This document shows, in pieces, positions 12,001 through 24,400 of a stretch of 64,000 nt of DNA. This DNA is from Lama guanicoe (taxonomy: Eukaryota), in contig MU056270.1 in assembly GCA_013239625.1 (NCBI GenBank), forward strand, positions 124,001 to 188,000, written 5' to 3'. The translations under genes were made by a program, and so were the position numbers. The notes below the pieces were generated by a model. The model saw only the letters and a program-made list of their open reading frames with translations. It was not told the origin of the DNA and made no database searches. Numbering within the stretch: the stretch's first letter is position 1; every line of letters starts with the position of its first letter.

Positions 12001-14424
12001 GGCCACCGTATCGTGCCAGACCAGGCTGCGCTCTCCGAGAAGGGAGCTGGATTTACGAGTGAGCGGCCCTTCCTGCCTGGAGGGTGAGGGCGGGGCCCAG
12101 GCGAGTGGCAGACCAGCTGGGAGCGTGGCCCTCCAGGCGCCCACGCAGCCTGGTCTGTGCTGGCCCTTTATCAGGCCCTCCAGCTGCTCAGTGTTTCACA
12201 GGTCGCATCTAATCTCCTTGTTTGAAAAAGTCCTGGGAAAGAGGGAAATTCCCTTGTCCCTCTTTCGTCGGGTGAGGAAGGGAGCTGGGCACGAGGCCTG
12301 GTCTGGAACCCAGCGATCCCAGGCTGTCTCAGACATCTCCGACACGCGGAGAGAAGTGGGACGTGTGGTGTGCTGGCGAGCTCCAGGCCATCAGACCGAC
12401 TCTGCGAAGCGCCGCTGTCCGACCAGGGCTCAGCGCACCTGTCAAGGGCCAGGTGGGGAGTAGGTTCGGCCCTTGGCCCTAAAGGTTCGAGGCAGCACTC
12501 TGCTGTGAAAGGGGCTGCAGGCGCCATGCAGGTGGACAGGGGCTTCAGTCTGTCACCTCTGTCTCACGGCAGGTGACAGGGAGCACAGCTGGGCTGCACA
12601 TGCCAGGAGCCTGTGCTGGGCCTGAAGCTTGGGGGTCCCCAGTGCAGGCAGTCCTGAAAAACTTCTGAGCATCTGGCCTACCTCCACCTTAGTGGTAATT
12701 TTCCACTGCTAGTGAGACCAGCACAGCCTCCTGCTGAGACAGTTTAGAGCCTGGAGTGAACTGCAAGTGGAGGTGTTGCCGTTTAAGACTGCTCGGCCTG
12801 GCCTGCCGAACCGCGGGGGCCTCTGCCGGCTGGGCACGGTGCTCTTGGGCACGCTGGAACTCAAGATTCTAGAAATGGGTCTCCCTTCCTTCACGTAGCG
12901 ACCATTCATCGCTAGTCTCTGAAGAGAGGTGCTGGGATGCTGAGGAAAGATGACTAAGACGGGCCCTCAGCAAGGAAGGCCTTGGGGCCCACGGGAGAGG
13001 CTAGCCGTTCCCCAGCACTTGTGTCGCTTGTGCTGGGGCCCCGGTGCCGGGTCTGGTGGGCAGTCAGAGGAGCAGCCGGCGTCGCCAGAGGACTCCTGAA
13101 GGGGGGAAGAGTGCCCCGGGGCGGGGTGGGCAGGAGGGTGCAGGGCTTCGAGGGAGACGCAGGCAGCCAGGGCACCTGGGGCTCGGGGAGCTGGGGAGGG
13201 GAGCCGAAGGACTTCGGAGAGGGTCTTCTTTACTCTGCAGATGGGACGGGTTTCAGTAGCTGAGAGGCAGGATCAGATAAAAGTCTGCCTTTGTACCTCT
13301 CACGAGCAGGATCTGTGCGGTGCTCCTGAGGTGCCCACCTACGCTGGTTCCTCAGGACGGTGGTTTCTGGGCACTGAGTCTTGACGTGTGGTGCAGCATA
13401 GCCGCGCGCCAGGCCGCGCTGTGGAACTGCCTGGTTTGGGGAGATCGCTGCAACTGGCCAGTGTTTGTGAGCCGTGTCAGGCACGCAGCCGGCCCCCAGG
13501 CAGTGGAAATGGAAGGAAGGGGAGTGGGCGGTGGGCTGGAGCGGGTGGTGCCTGGCTGCCGCCCCGTGGCCCGAGAAGGCCGGCATGCTGACTGTGCCCA
13601 CTTTGGCAAAAGTAGTTTGAGCCAAAATAAGCATTTGGGTTCTCCACCTGCTGACCTGACAAGTCAGATGGATGTCATTTTTTGACTAACCTGAAAGAAG
13701 CCAGCAGGTGCTAGTGGGCTCTCATTTGCATTTTTTTCTCACAAAATCAAACCAAGGGCTCAATCTTGTCCCTCCGCTCTGACCTTTGCACCCCCCCCAC
13801 CCCATTGAGCACCGCAGGGTTCTTGGAAGTTGTTATTTGTGGCGGTGTCTCCTAAATTTAGCGGGTGCAGGAAGAATCAGCGGCAAATGGGCACGTTAAG
13901 AAAATGCATCTGCACTTCAGAGTTTAGACCTGACGGGTTTTGTGTGGCTCAGCCGAAGGGCTATGTTTCTCTCCCATGACTTCACACAGTCGTTCTTGGA
14001 GATTTTGTTATGGTGCAAAAGAGAGCTGGCAGAGCCTCACTCCTGAACCTCCCTGCTTTTGTGTTTCATGCTGATTTCCGGTTCTTAGTCCACAGCCACA
14101 CATGCGTTTTTCCAGATGTGATTTCTCCGTGGACGTACTTTTGTTTCATGCTTTTTCCCCTTGGAAATGTTACTGGCTGTGTGGAAGCTCTTAAACTGAG
14201 GAGAAATAGTAATTACAATGTGTGTGCCACGTTCGTAACTACGTGGACACCTTCACTCGCTTTCTCTGGGGTGAGACGCGGCGCAGGGGGTCTCATGCCG
14301 GGGGGTGAGGTTGTCATGCCGGCACATTCGTCCCAAAGCAGTTTCAAGTCAGCCATTGCCATCTGTTGGGTCTGTGGCCTTCAAAAGTGTGGCCAGACTA
14401 ATTTTTTCAGAGTTTACCTTCCTT

Positions 14425-14637
14425 TAGGTTTGTATGAAAGTGTGGAAGTTGTCAAATTCAGGGACAGAAGGTAGAATGGAGGTTGCCAGGCGCTGGGGGA
14501 GGGCGGGAGTTAGTGTCTAATGGGGACCTAGTTTCCATTCTCGAAGATGAAAATGTAAATATATTTAATGCCTGTGAGCTGAACACTTAAAAATGGTTAA
14601 AATGGTAAATTTTATGTTATGTCTGTTTTATGACAAA
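14425..14637 (+). mobile_element. L1MB-like 3' end
   Basis: gtcaaattcagggacagaaggtagaatggaggttgccagg ... cacttaaaaatggttaaaatggtaaattttatgttatg, typical of L1MB 3' UTRs. Confidence 0.8.
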
Positions 14638-17377
14638 GAGGGCGTGGAGAGAGTGACTGTCTCAAGTGGGAAAGACTTTTTCTTCTTAGTGTATAAACTG
14701 TGATCTTGCTTCTGATCAGACAGTTCAAATTTAGTTTTTTTAATTTTATGTTTCTTTTCTGGAGTCCGAGGTTGTTGGGAATGTGGTGACGTTAGCTCTT
14801 CTCGGGGTCCTGGCCGTCCTTTCTCAGCCCGTGGGTGGGCGTGTGACGTCAGGCGGTGAGGGGCGTGCGGGGCTGCAGAGTCGTGCTTGTCCAAGCACCA
14901 GCGCCGTCTCTGCGGGGGGCCCTCGTGTGCACCTTGGTTTCTCCGGGCCCTGAGTGGGATAGGTGAGAAACCAGGGCTCCTAACTGTGTCGCTGTTGCTT
15001 GCATTTTCCAATTCAGGCCCCCCAGGGGACTCCCTCTCCTGCCCTGCAGAAAGTGGGGTGATTTTCTGGCTGGTCCTCGCTGGCTGCACTGGGAGAGAGC
15101 AGACAGACTCTGAAGGGCTCTCTCTGGAAGGCAGCATGTCAGCTGAGTTCTTCAGGAGACTCTTACTTGTGCTGTTTCAGAAAGAAAAGAGCAGCGAATT
15201 TTAGAAATTGTACTTGAAACAAACGAGAGTTTGAGCCTTTTACTGGTCCTGAAATCAGAATCTTGGCCCTGCTTTTCAAGTACTTGCTGTCGCATCATCT
15301 GAGTGTGATCTGGTTTCAGGCCCAAAGAAAGGCAGAAACTGTGCTTTTGGTGGTGTTGAAACAGAAAACTGAAAAATGTTACGACTTTTGAGAACACGCA
15401 CGTAGAAAGCTTTCACCTTTCTTCAGGAAAAACCTCTGGAATACACTTTCTTCTCAGCCAAGAAGTGCCGATGGCTTCTTCCAGAGCCTGGCACAGGCGC
15501 CCTCGCAGAGCTGCCCTGGGGGCCTCGCCCGCTCTCACTTCTTTCCTGTGTTTCCCTGACGTTCTCCCCGCACACGTCACGCTCGCTGATGCGTCACTCG
15601 GCATTGTGATTACTGCGTGCGCATCTGCCTCTCCCCCCCCCCCCCCGGTGCCTGGCTCATCAGCACAGGACGCGGGAGGCCATGCAGAATGTCCGGCAGC
15701 CCAAAGCCGTCAGTCGCCGCTCCTTTTCCTAGAAACCTCGACCGTCTCAGCGAGCTTGCTCTCGGGCTTCAGCGCCTGCTCGGGCCAGCTCTGCAAACTG
15801 AAGATCTGTAACTTGACATTTATTGCTTCCTAAAGGTTTTCCACTAGTCACTTTCCTGAAGTATCATGGAAGTACTGAGTTTTTATTTGCTTAGTGAGAA
15901 TTTTAGTTCAAGGGAGGTAACCAGTCTGAGGGACTTTTCATGCTGGAGGGAGTATGACGGAGGAGTGCCACACAGGACGTTCTACAGCAGTGGAGATACT
16001 GCAGCTGTCTTTATTGCTTACGAAGTTTTCAGCTTGTTCCAGGGTTTTTTCCTCTAATGAGATGTTCTTTCTTTTTTTGCTAAACTTTCCATAATTTAGC
16101 TAAACATACCTCATCCCTCGTCTCTGCCTGTACGAACTCCAGCGGTGAATGGCCCTTGTTGGGGTCCAAGTAGGTGAACAGTCCGTTCCCCGTCACGTTA
16201 GAACGTTGGCAGAGCCCAGCCCTGTGACACCAGGGCTACTTTAAGCCTGTCTGGCCTCCTCGCAGCCTTGAGGCCCTCTCGCTGCTTTCTGAATTAGTAA
16301 TTGACTGAACCGTGCGAGGGTGCAGGCATCTGGAGCCCCTTCTCAGGTCCCTCGTGTTCTGCTGTCTGTGGCCTCCGAGAGGGAAGCATTTTCGTGTTTG
16401 TTAATGACTAAGCTAAGATAAATAGATGTTCTTGGGTGGCGAGCAACTGAACCTTTTTGACAGTTTTGACTCCTTTCTTCACTGAATTTGCATAGTTCCT
16501 TATTGTCGTTCTCTGGTGAGCCGCTTCCTGGCTGCGTCCCGTTGGAGGAGGCAGGTGGGAGGCTGCTGTCAGAGCACGCGTGCCGTGTGCCTTGCGTGGC
16601 ATGGCTGCCAGCCCAGCTCTCTCGTTCTGTGGTCACCAGAATGAGGCGTGGGCCCTTTGCAGTGTTGGTCTGGTGTGGCCTCCGTGTCAGTCGGTGCCAC
16701 CTAGTTCTCGTCACTCAGCAGACATTAGTGAGTGCCTGCTGTCTGCCCGGCATCGCTCCAGGGAAGGTGGTTTTTGCTGTTGCTCTGTTACGTTTCCTGT
16801 GCCTGCCTTTGGGTAGGGGATCCGCGGAGGTGCGGATGGGAGGCCCTCGGCTCTTCCTTAGATGCCTCACGGACGGGAAGCTATAGCTGCTGCCGCCAGC
16901 ACAGCTCAGGAGGGTGAGGACCCTACGTGGCCGGCAGCTCCCTCCTGGTCCCCTGGGGGTGTGGACACCGGGACACCCCGGGCACTGCTCCCGGTTTGCT
17001 CCTGTGCGTCAGGCACCACAAAGGCAGGGGCTTCCTGCCGGGGCCTGTGTTCACGGGAGACGCTCGTAAGGACTGAGAGCCGCCCCTCTGGCTGTCCTCC
17101 ATTTCTTTGTGTTTCCTTCCTCCCGACCTGCGGGCCGGGCCGGCGTTCGGTTACGTGGGCTCCGTCAGCGTGAGCAGGCGTTTTCACCCTGTCGTCTGGC
17201 GCTGCTCTCGCCGACAGCCCGCGTGGAAGGGACAGTGGAACCCGAGAGCCTCCCTCCCGGTCCCTGGAAGGACGAGGCAAGGGAAGGTGGGGGGCGTGTG
17301 TGGGCGGAAGGCGTTTCCCAAGCCTCTGGGCCTGATCCCTGGCTGACTCTCACTCACGAGTAGATGGAAAAGGCAGT

Positions 17378-17388
17378 TGAGTCATTTC
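17378..17388 (-). promoter_or_regulatory. AICE2 motif (GAAATGACTCA on the minus strand)
   Basis: Plus strand reads TGAGTCATTTC. Confidence 0.5.
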
Positions 17389-19044
17389 CCCACGGACGCG
17401 TGAGGGGCAGCGCGTGTCCACACCGGGCACGGGACGGACGGAGTGAGACAGCTTTTCACAGTGTTGTTTCCTTTTACGCTTTCTTTCCCTTTAAACCTGG
17501 GCTCTGAAGCCTGCCTGGCTTGGAGGTGCTTCGGAACCTCAGGCAGCTGCGTGGAAGCGCCCAGCAGCGTCCCAAGGCAGCGCAGGCAGCGCGGCAGAGT
17601 GAGGCTGGGTGGGCAGCTCTGCTGCTCGACGGCCTCCTGCCAGCAGCCGCCCTCTGCACCTGGGCCTGTGTGGCCCTGTGGCGGGCGAGCGGCAGTAGGA
17701 CTCATTTTTGTCGAGACTCAGAAGAGCCTGTGGTGCAGGATGTAATGGTGGACCCAAAACTCAAAATACACACATGTGAATTAAGCAGGAAACTCTGTTT
17801 TGACCTCTCGTGGGGAAGGAAGGGGAATTGTGTCGCTTGGGTCTTAGATGCAGACAGCAGATTCCACTCTGAGCCGCTCCAGCGGGAAGGTGTTTTGTGA
17901 AGAGACAGCTGAGCGCTTGTGGTCTCCTCGGAGGAGCTGGGGAAACAGGCTTCCAGCTGAAGCTCCAGGAGCAGCACCCAGACCGCAGCACACAGCTGCC
18001 ACCTGATCTCCCACCACGTCCGCCACCTGCACCTGCCACACAGGTGCTCTTTACCTGTCTTACTCTTCCATGTCCTGTTTTCAAATCCGCCTCTCGTAGG
18101 TGTGTCAGCTGATGAAACCAGGCCTGAGTCTACACCCAGCAGCAGAGGAGGTTGAGAAATCTGGTTTAACGTAGCTTCTGTGTTGAAAAGTGGGATTTCC
18201 GCCGTGGGGAAGGACCACGCCGTTCCTCACAGCACACTGCACAAGCAGATGCTGCACAGGGGTTTCTGACCACCTGCCCTGACAGTAGAACGTTAATGAC
18301 CTGCTGTGGAAAAGTTGCAAATAATTCTGCAAGACAAGTTGTTTCGACTTTGACTGCTGAGGGACTCTTGGCTGTCTGTGCCACGATCCTACATTTCTCT
18401 CCTTCGTTTTCTCTCTTAGGTCAGTTATTTTTCTAGTTTCTGGTATGTGTCCCTCATTAATTATCTATGATATGGTGGCCAGGTTCTATTAGGTTAGGCT
18501 ACCAAGAGAGGAAGTTTTAAAAGTGGTTCATTAAGTCTTAGTGAAACCATATTCTTTTGCAAAGGTCACTGAGACCGATCTAGATTTTATATCTTTACTT
18601 AACATGGAAGACCTTTTGCACTGTGCTTTACGTCCCTACAAAGAAGAAGCAACCAAGGTTTTAATAAAACTCAAACTTACCATGATTTTTGTAGCATGAA
18701 TTTACATAAACATTTTTATAGATTTTGTAGCAAACTATATGAAGATCATTTTTTGAAATTGGGTCATTCTTTAAAAAAAAAATATCAGTTTGGTTTGCAA
18801 ACTTTTACTCTTCTGAACAGCAAGCAAAATAAATCACATTGTTTCCTGTGTGTGAGGCCCTGTCCCGCACCAGTGGCGTTGCAACCCCCCAACCCTCCGA
18901 CTGTCCCATAACCTGTCATCGTGTTACTGTTTCTACTGTCAGCGTTTCCTTTCTGACCAGTCAGGATCTTAAATGCAATAGAGTTAAAAAGTAGAATTTG
19001 TGAACAAGCATCTGAGATAACAGTCTTGGAACTTGTGGACGCTT

Positions 19045-19888
19045 AATGGGAAGTACTCAATTGTTTTGCTTTTTTGATACACTCTAACCTCCAAGCTGTT
19101 TGCAAACTAGAGTATGAATGTTTGTGTGCATGGTCATGGAAAATAACCAGGAACCTTAATTAAAGAGTTTTCCCCAGTTCCTTGGCAACAAAAGATGAGT
19201 GGAAAACTTCTCCTTTTTACTTTTTATTTTGACCTGAGTAAATAGTTCCTTTAAATGTTTTTCTTCACTAAGTATCATCATTTTATTTTATTTTTTATCA
19301 TTCTACAGGGGGTTAAATACCTGTGCATTCCAGCAGCGGATTCACCATCTCAAAACCTGTAAGTTGCTTTTCTCCCCCCTGTATTATTTGGGCATATTAA
19401 AAGCAAATAAAGGACTGTGAAGGCATCAGAGCCGATGGGACCTTGACGCCTGCAGGGAGGCGGGAGGCCCACAGAGGTCTGTGCTCCCTGCTTGCCGGTC
19501 CTTCGCCAGACAGCGCTGCCCGTCGGGTGTGCGTCAAAGGAGGCTTATCTCGTAAAGGGTGCCTCAAACCAGACCTTCAGCTTGCTCGCCCTCTCCCTAG
19601 AAGCTGCCGTGTCTTGTCCCATGGAAATGGAATATGAGCCACAAATGCAAGTCACACGTGTGTGATTTTAAATTTCCTAGGAACCACATTGAATAAGTTA
19701 GAAAGAAACGGGTGATGATAATTTTAATAATATGTTTATTTAACCCAATATATTCAAAATACTATCAATTCAGCATGTGCTCAATATTAAAAAAAAAGAT
19801 ATTTTACATCCTTTTATTCATACTAAGCCTTCAAAGTCTGGTATGCTTTTTATACTTAAAAAAGCAAAATAATTGAGTACTTCCCATT
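19045..19888. repeat. 31-nt inverted repeat (arms 19045-19075 and 19858-19888) flanking DUSP22 exon 4
   Basis: AATGGGAAGTACTCAATTGTTTTGCTTTTTT versus AAAAAAGCAAAATAATTGAGTACTTCCCATT: 30/31 complementary, and the mismatch is G-U in RNA. Confidence 0.95.
19309..19358 (+). CDS. DUSP22: DUSP22 coding exon 4 (50 nt; GVKYLCIPAADSPSQNL), carrying the general-acid Asp of the AADSP loop
   Basis: Acceptor ttttttatcattctacag|GG and donor CCT|gtaagt. In frame with exons 3 and 5. Confidence 0.96.
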
Positions 19889-19948
19889 TCCACTTGGACA
19901 GCTGCATTTCAAGTGCCCAGAGCTTCAGGGGCTACTGGCCACCCAGTG
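19607..19948. mobile_element. MER33-like hAT-Charlie DNA transposon carrying a non-MER33 31-nt insert
   Basis: Matches the remembered MER33 consensus (attttaataatatgtttatttaacccaatatattcaaaat; catactaagccttcaaagtctgg; catttcaagtgc). Confidence 0.8.
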
Positions 19949-21304
19949 TCTCTTTGAGAGACTAGGTTTCCTGGTTGAAGGAGCCCCGCTCTGCCTTCCC
20001 CACGGCCAAGCACATCTCTGATGCTGCTTTCACTCTATCCTCCCTCCAGAGTCGTGCTTGCTCTCCTTTCCAGACCCCCCTCCCCGTCATCCCAGACCCG
20101 TGGGATTAGGCTTGGGCAGAACCTGGGGGTGGGGGGGCGGGAGCCCGAAGACCCTCCAAGGTTGCAGCTATGACGTCACACTCCCCGGGTCCAGAAGTGC
20201 CCAGGATGACGTGGAGTGGGTGAGAGCCTTCTCGAAGCCTGGGTTTTGAGCCGTGCAGGCCGAGAGGCAAGAAGTCAGTAACCTGGCTGTGCTGTGCATC
20301 CAGTGACCCAGCCTCCGCTCTCAGGCTCACCTGCTTGTGCAGTTCAGGTCGGACACCACAACCCTTCTGGAATCACTGGTTTCTGCACCTCACCAGGGAA
20401 CCTGTAAGCTGCGATGTTTGTGAAGTTGGGAGGCCACAGGCTTCCCAGGACCCATTGGCATGATTCTTAAGCTCTGCTGCCTGCAAGTCCTACGTATGAG
20501 AAGTGCAGACCATGTAGTCTCTGGATCCCAAGGGCCCCGCCCCTCTGAGACCTGGCCAGTGCTGGACTAGCAGCCAGCCTTGGTTTTTCACTGCTGGGAA
20601 GCGGAGAGACCACAGGGTATGCAGTAACTTTGTGGCATCCACCTTTTAAAAGGGGGGCAGCTGCAGTCAGAGGCATTGGTGTGGAGAGGAGGAGGGGCAC
20701 GAGCAGGCAGGAGGTGCAGTGTCAGACCCAGGAAGAGGGGAGGAGCTGGACGCGGGCAGGTACATCCCACCCATGGCCTGTGTCCCACGCTGCCTCTCCG
20801 TGTGTCACAGAAGCCAGTCTGTGAGACCGAGGATGGTGAAGGGAAGATTTCGTAGGGCCCTAGGAGGACAGCGGTAGCCTAGGTCTGAAGGAGAAGTGTC
20901 AGAGCACTTCCTTGGTTACCAGTCGTGTCAAGAAACAGAAGTGGTTGCAGGGCATGGTGTGCACGGAAGGAAGTAAGCCACTGCCTTTCTCTCGAGACCA
21001 CAGCAATCTTCTGCCCATGTTTTGGTGGCTATTTTTAGAGCGGTTGCTTTGCTCTTATCTCAAACCGAGATTCTGATATACTGTTGAACTTGTCAATAGC
21101 TGGTTGGCATTGTGACTCTTTGGAAGAATCAGACCAACACCTCCTAGGCGTTGGTGGTCAGAGCAGGTGGCCACTGTGCTCGAGCTGTTCCCAGAACTTC
21201 TCAGCTTTGCTGGAGTCAGGCCCCTCGACGTCCAGGACAAGGGTCCTGACCCACCCAGTGCAGACTGCCTGCTGAGTGGTCCTGTGCTGTGCGGCCAGTG
21301 AGCA

Positions 21305-21475
21305 GCAGACCCGGAGTCAGAAATCTCAGATTCAAAACCAGCTCCATCTGCCTTGGGCAAGTCATTTTAACCCATCCAAACTTCAGTTCTCTCATCTGAG
21401 AATGCCTGCCTTCAGGATTTTCAGAGATGAGATCATGTATGTGAAAGTGTTCCCTGTGACCGCTGAGCACTTTTG
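21305..21475 (+). mobile_element. MIR SINE
   Basis: ccttgggcaagtcattttaacc ... cttcagttctctcatctg ... catgtatgtgaaagtg follows MIR consensus order. Confidence 0.75.
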
Positions 21476-24400
21476 AAAATAAGAGTATGTTTTACTCAAA
21501 GTATATTAATGCATCTTGAGAGTTACAGGAAAGATGGGTTTGGTGCTCTGGAGGCCCAGTGAGCTGCTGGGCAGACACGACCCGGGGAAGGGGTGGGGCG
21601 GATGGTGCCGTAGCCGCTCGCCTGACTTCTGACATCTCCTGGGTCACTTCACGTCATCTGTCAACCTGGGGCCAGAGGACCAGCTCCTAAGATTTGAACC
21701 GGTTCTCTCCTGTCCCAAATATGTACAGGGGTCTTGTTAAGACGTGTGGTTTGCCTTTGTAACCCTTTCTTTATATTGGGATGAGAGTGTGGGGTGGGAC
21801 GCAGTTGTCGCAGTGTCTGAGCCTGGGGCCGCTGTGGGCGGGGCCGTGGGCTGTGCCGGGGCTGCTGTTTTGGAGAAGGAATGAAGTCGTGCGGCAGCAG
21901 ACCTCTGCTTCACCTGGAAAAGGAAGTCGAGACCACAGCTCATCGAAAGGCAGGAGAAATGGCACTGTGCTGCTGGGAGCTGTGTTCACGGGCACGTGTG
22001 TGTCTCCCGGGGAACCTTTTACTTCTGACCCGTTAGAAATTCCAGAGCTTACATATGCGTAAGGCTTTGGCTGCGTAAGTGCCCGTGATGCTGTAAATGC
22101 TTCCTGCCTTACTGAAGTAGTACGGAGATCGGGAGGTTATGCTTGGAACCTGAGTGTCTTCGTGTGCTGGGAGGCAGCCTGCGCAGTAGCTTTGGGTTCT
22201 TGCTGGCTGTTCGGACGCTTCATGGAAGCACAGTGCACCTTTTAATGTGAGCAGGTATCCACGATGTGGTGCGACGGTCGACATCGGCCAGCGGAACACT
22301 CGACTGTTCTTAAGACCCACCTCCCTGCGAGCAGCCTTGCTCACCACCCGCCGGTGATGCACCCTCGGCGGCTGTGTCGTCCACCGAGGCAGACGGTCAG
22401 GAGACGGGCCCTCCCGGTGCTCGGGGAGCCCAGTGAGAACTGGCAGTCCTTCGGCCACCATGACTTCCTGGTGCCTAGCCGTTCCTATGTGCAGTGACAG
22501 AATTAATTCTACAAAAGTGTATTGCTTATTCTTTAAAACTTCATTACAGATTTTAAAAATTATTTCCAACTTTGGATATAATTTAAGGTTTTATATCCTA
22601 ACTCTTTCCCCACAAACCCTATGCCAACAGGAATTCTTCTTGCTAATTACGCGTATGAAGAGGCCCGTGGCCTTTGGAGATGAACTGCTTTCAGTCCCAG
22701 CAGACGCTCCAGAAAGGTCAGCTTTCTGTCTTGGCCGTGCTCCTCACAAACCCCCTCTCTGATCTTCCAGGAATTAAAATGCAGAAACCTGGTTTGAGAT
22801 GACAGTAACACGTTAGAATTTCAGCCCAGTCCCCCACCACCCTGCTCCGCAAAGCCAGGAAGTTCCAGCTCTCGCAGTGGCGGTAGCCTCAGACCCGGGC
22901 CAGTGCTTCTGCCTGACTCGCACCATCAGAGTTTACATCCCAGGACTTGTGTCGGACGCACACACCTCCTCCGAGTGGCTGGCGTGCGGCGGTCGAGTGA
23001 GCTGAGGCTTTTGGAAATACTTGGTTTTGCTTTCTCTCTGTGCTTCCTCAGGCAAGTCATTTTAGCCTCACTTCTCCTGTCCAAAATCTCTCTCTCAGGA
23101 TTTCTGCAGTGTTAGGTGAGGCAGTCAGAGGGTTGTTGATGGACACTAGAAGTCTAAAAACTCGATTCTGGTTTCCGCCTATTCAAGTAAGGGCTGTTAA
23201 TGTGTCTTGAGAGTGAATGGTTGGAGATACCCATTGGCTGGCCTGTTTTATCCATTCTCACTTAATATTTATTAAATTGGCATTCGCATTTGGACACCAT
23301 AAGGAAACACCTACCTTTCTTGTGTTCCCTCTGGAGCCAGCCTCCTGGCCTGTGCTGTGGAGCTGGCAGCCCGACGTCTTCACAGCAGAGCCTTGCGACA
23401 AGAGTCTTGAGAGTCAAGCAGGTTCTAAGCTTCCTGAGGTTTTTGTGGGGAAGAGGCACTAGTGATGCAGAGAGCTTGCGTCTGAGACGTCAGAGCCTCC
23501 TGGCTCGTTGCACCTCCTGCCTGTGCGTCTGGTGTAGCTCGTGTCTGTACTTTACACTCTCTCTTTCTCTCGGTCACATTTTTCCTCGTTTTCATTATAA
23601 GAAGCAGTTTTGCAAGATCAGAGCTGTGTGGGCCCTTGGAGTGCTGTGGTCTTGCTTGCCGACGGAGCTGCACACGTGTGTGCACACGCGCACACGCACA
23701 GGCATGACCCCTGGGGACTTGGCAGCCCTCAGAAATATGTGGAAAAGGTGTATTGTGTTTTCCGTGAGACTTCACTTACTCAACTGAAGAACTTACGTTT
23801 CCGTCTTGGACGCCGTTGCCCGTGATTGCTGGCGTGGGGCTGCTCTTTGTGAGATGCGGTGTGGTAGATGGCGGAGAGCACTGTTTGCTCTTTTGCTTGT
23901 TTTTAGAGTGACCTTTTCTGGCAAAATGGAAGTGCAGTACTCACATTCCCCCAGCTTCCCTCCAGATGTCGGCTTGTAGGGAACGCAAACGTGCCGAAGG
24001 CCACGCGCGGTCTGCCCGGGGGAGGAGGCTTCCTTGCTTCTCGCCTCTCTCTGGGTGGGGTGAGAGGGACAGGTCACCCAGGAGGAAGCCGCCCTCTGAC
24101 CTGAGCCTGCCCTCCAGCACCTGGGCCCAGGGAGGACGTTCCCCTCACCTCTTTTTAAACATTGCTTTTTGGGAGAAAAAAAATCTTACGGGGTTTCTGC
24201 TCAGGGAGGGAGAAGCAGCCTGGAGCGTGTGGCTCGTGCTGTCTGTACAGCCTGGTCTGGTGCTGCTGGCTTTGGGGTGAGCCCAGCTGCCACCCCAGGT
24301 GCTCGTCCACGTCTCCCACAAGCAGGGTCCTCCTCGGCAGGACAGCGCTGCCTCAGATCCCACGGGGGATCACAGCCTCCAAGGCTTGCGATCTCGCAGT

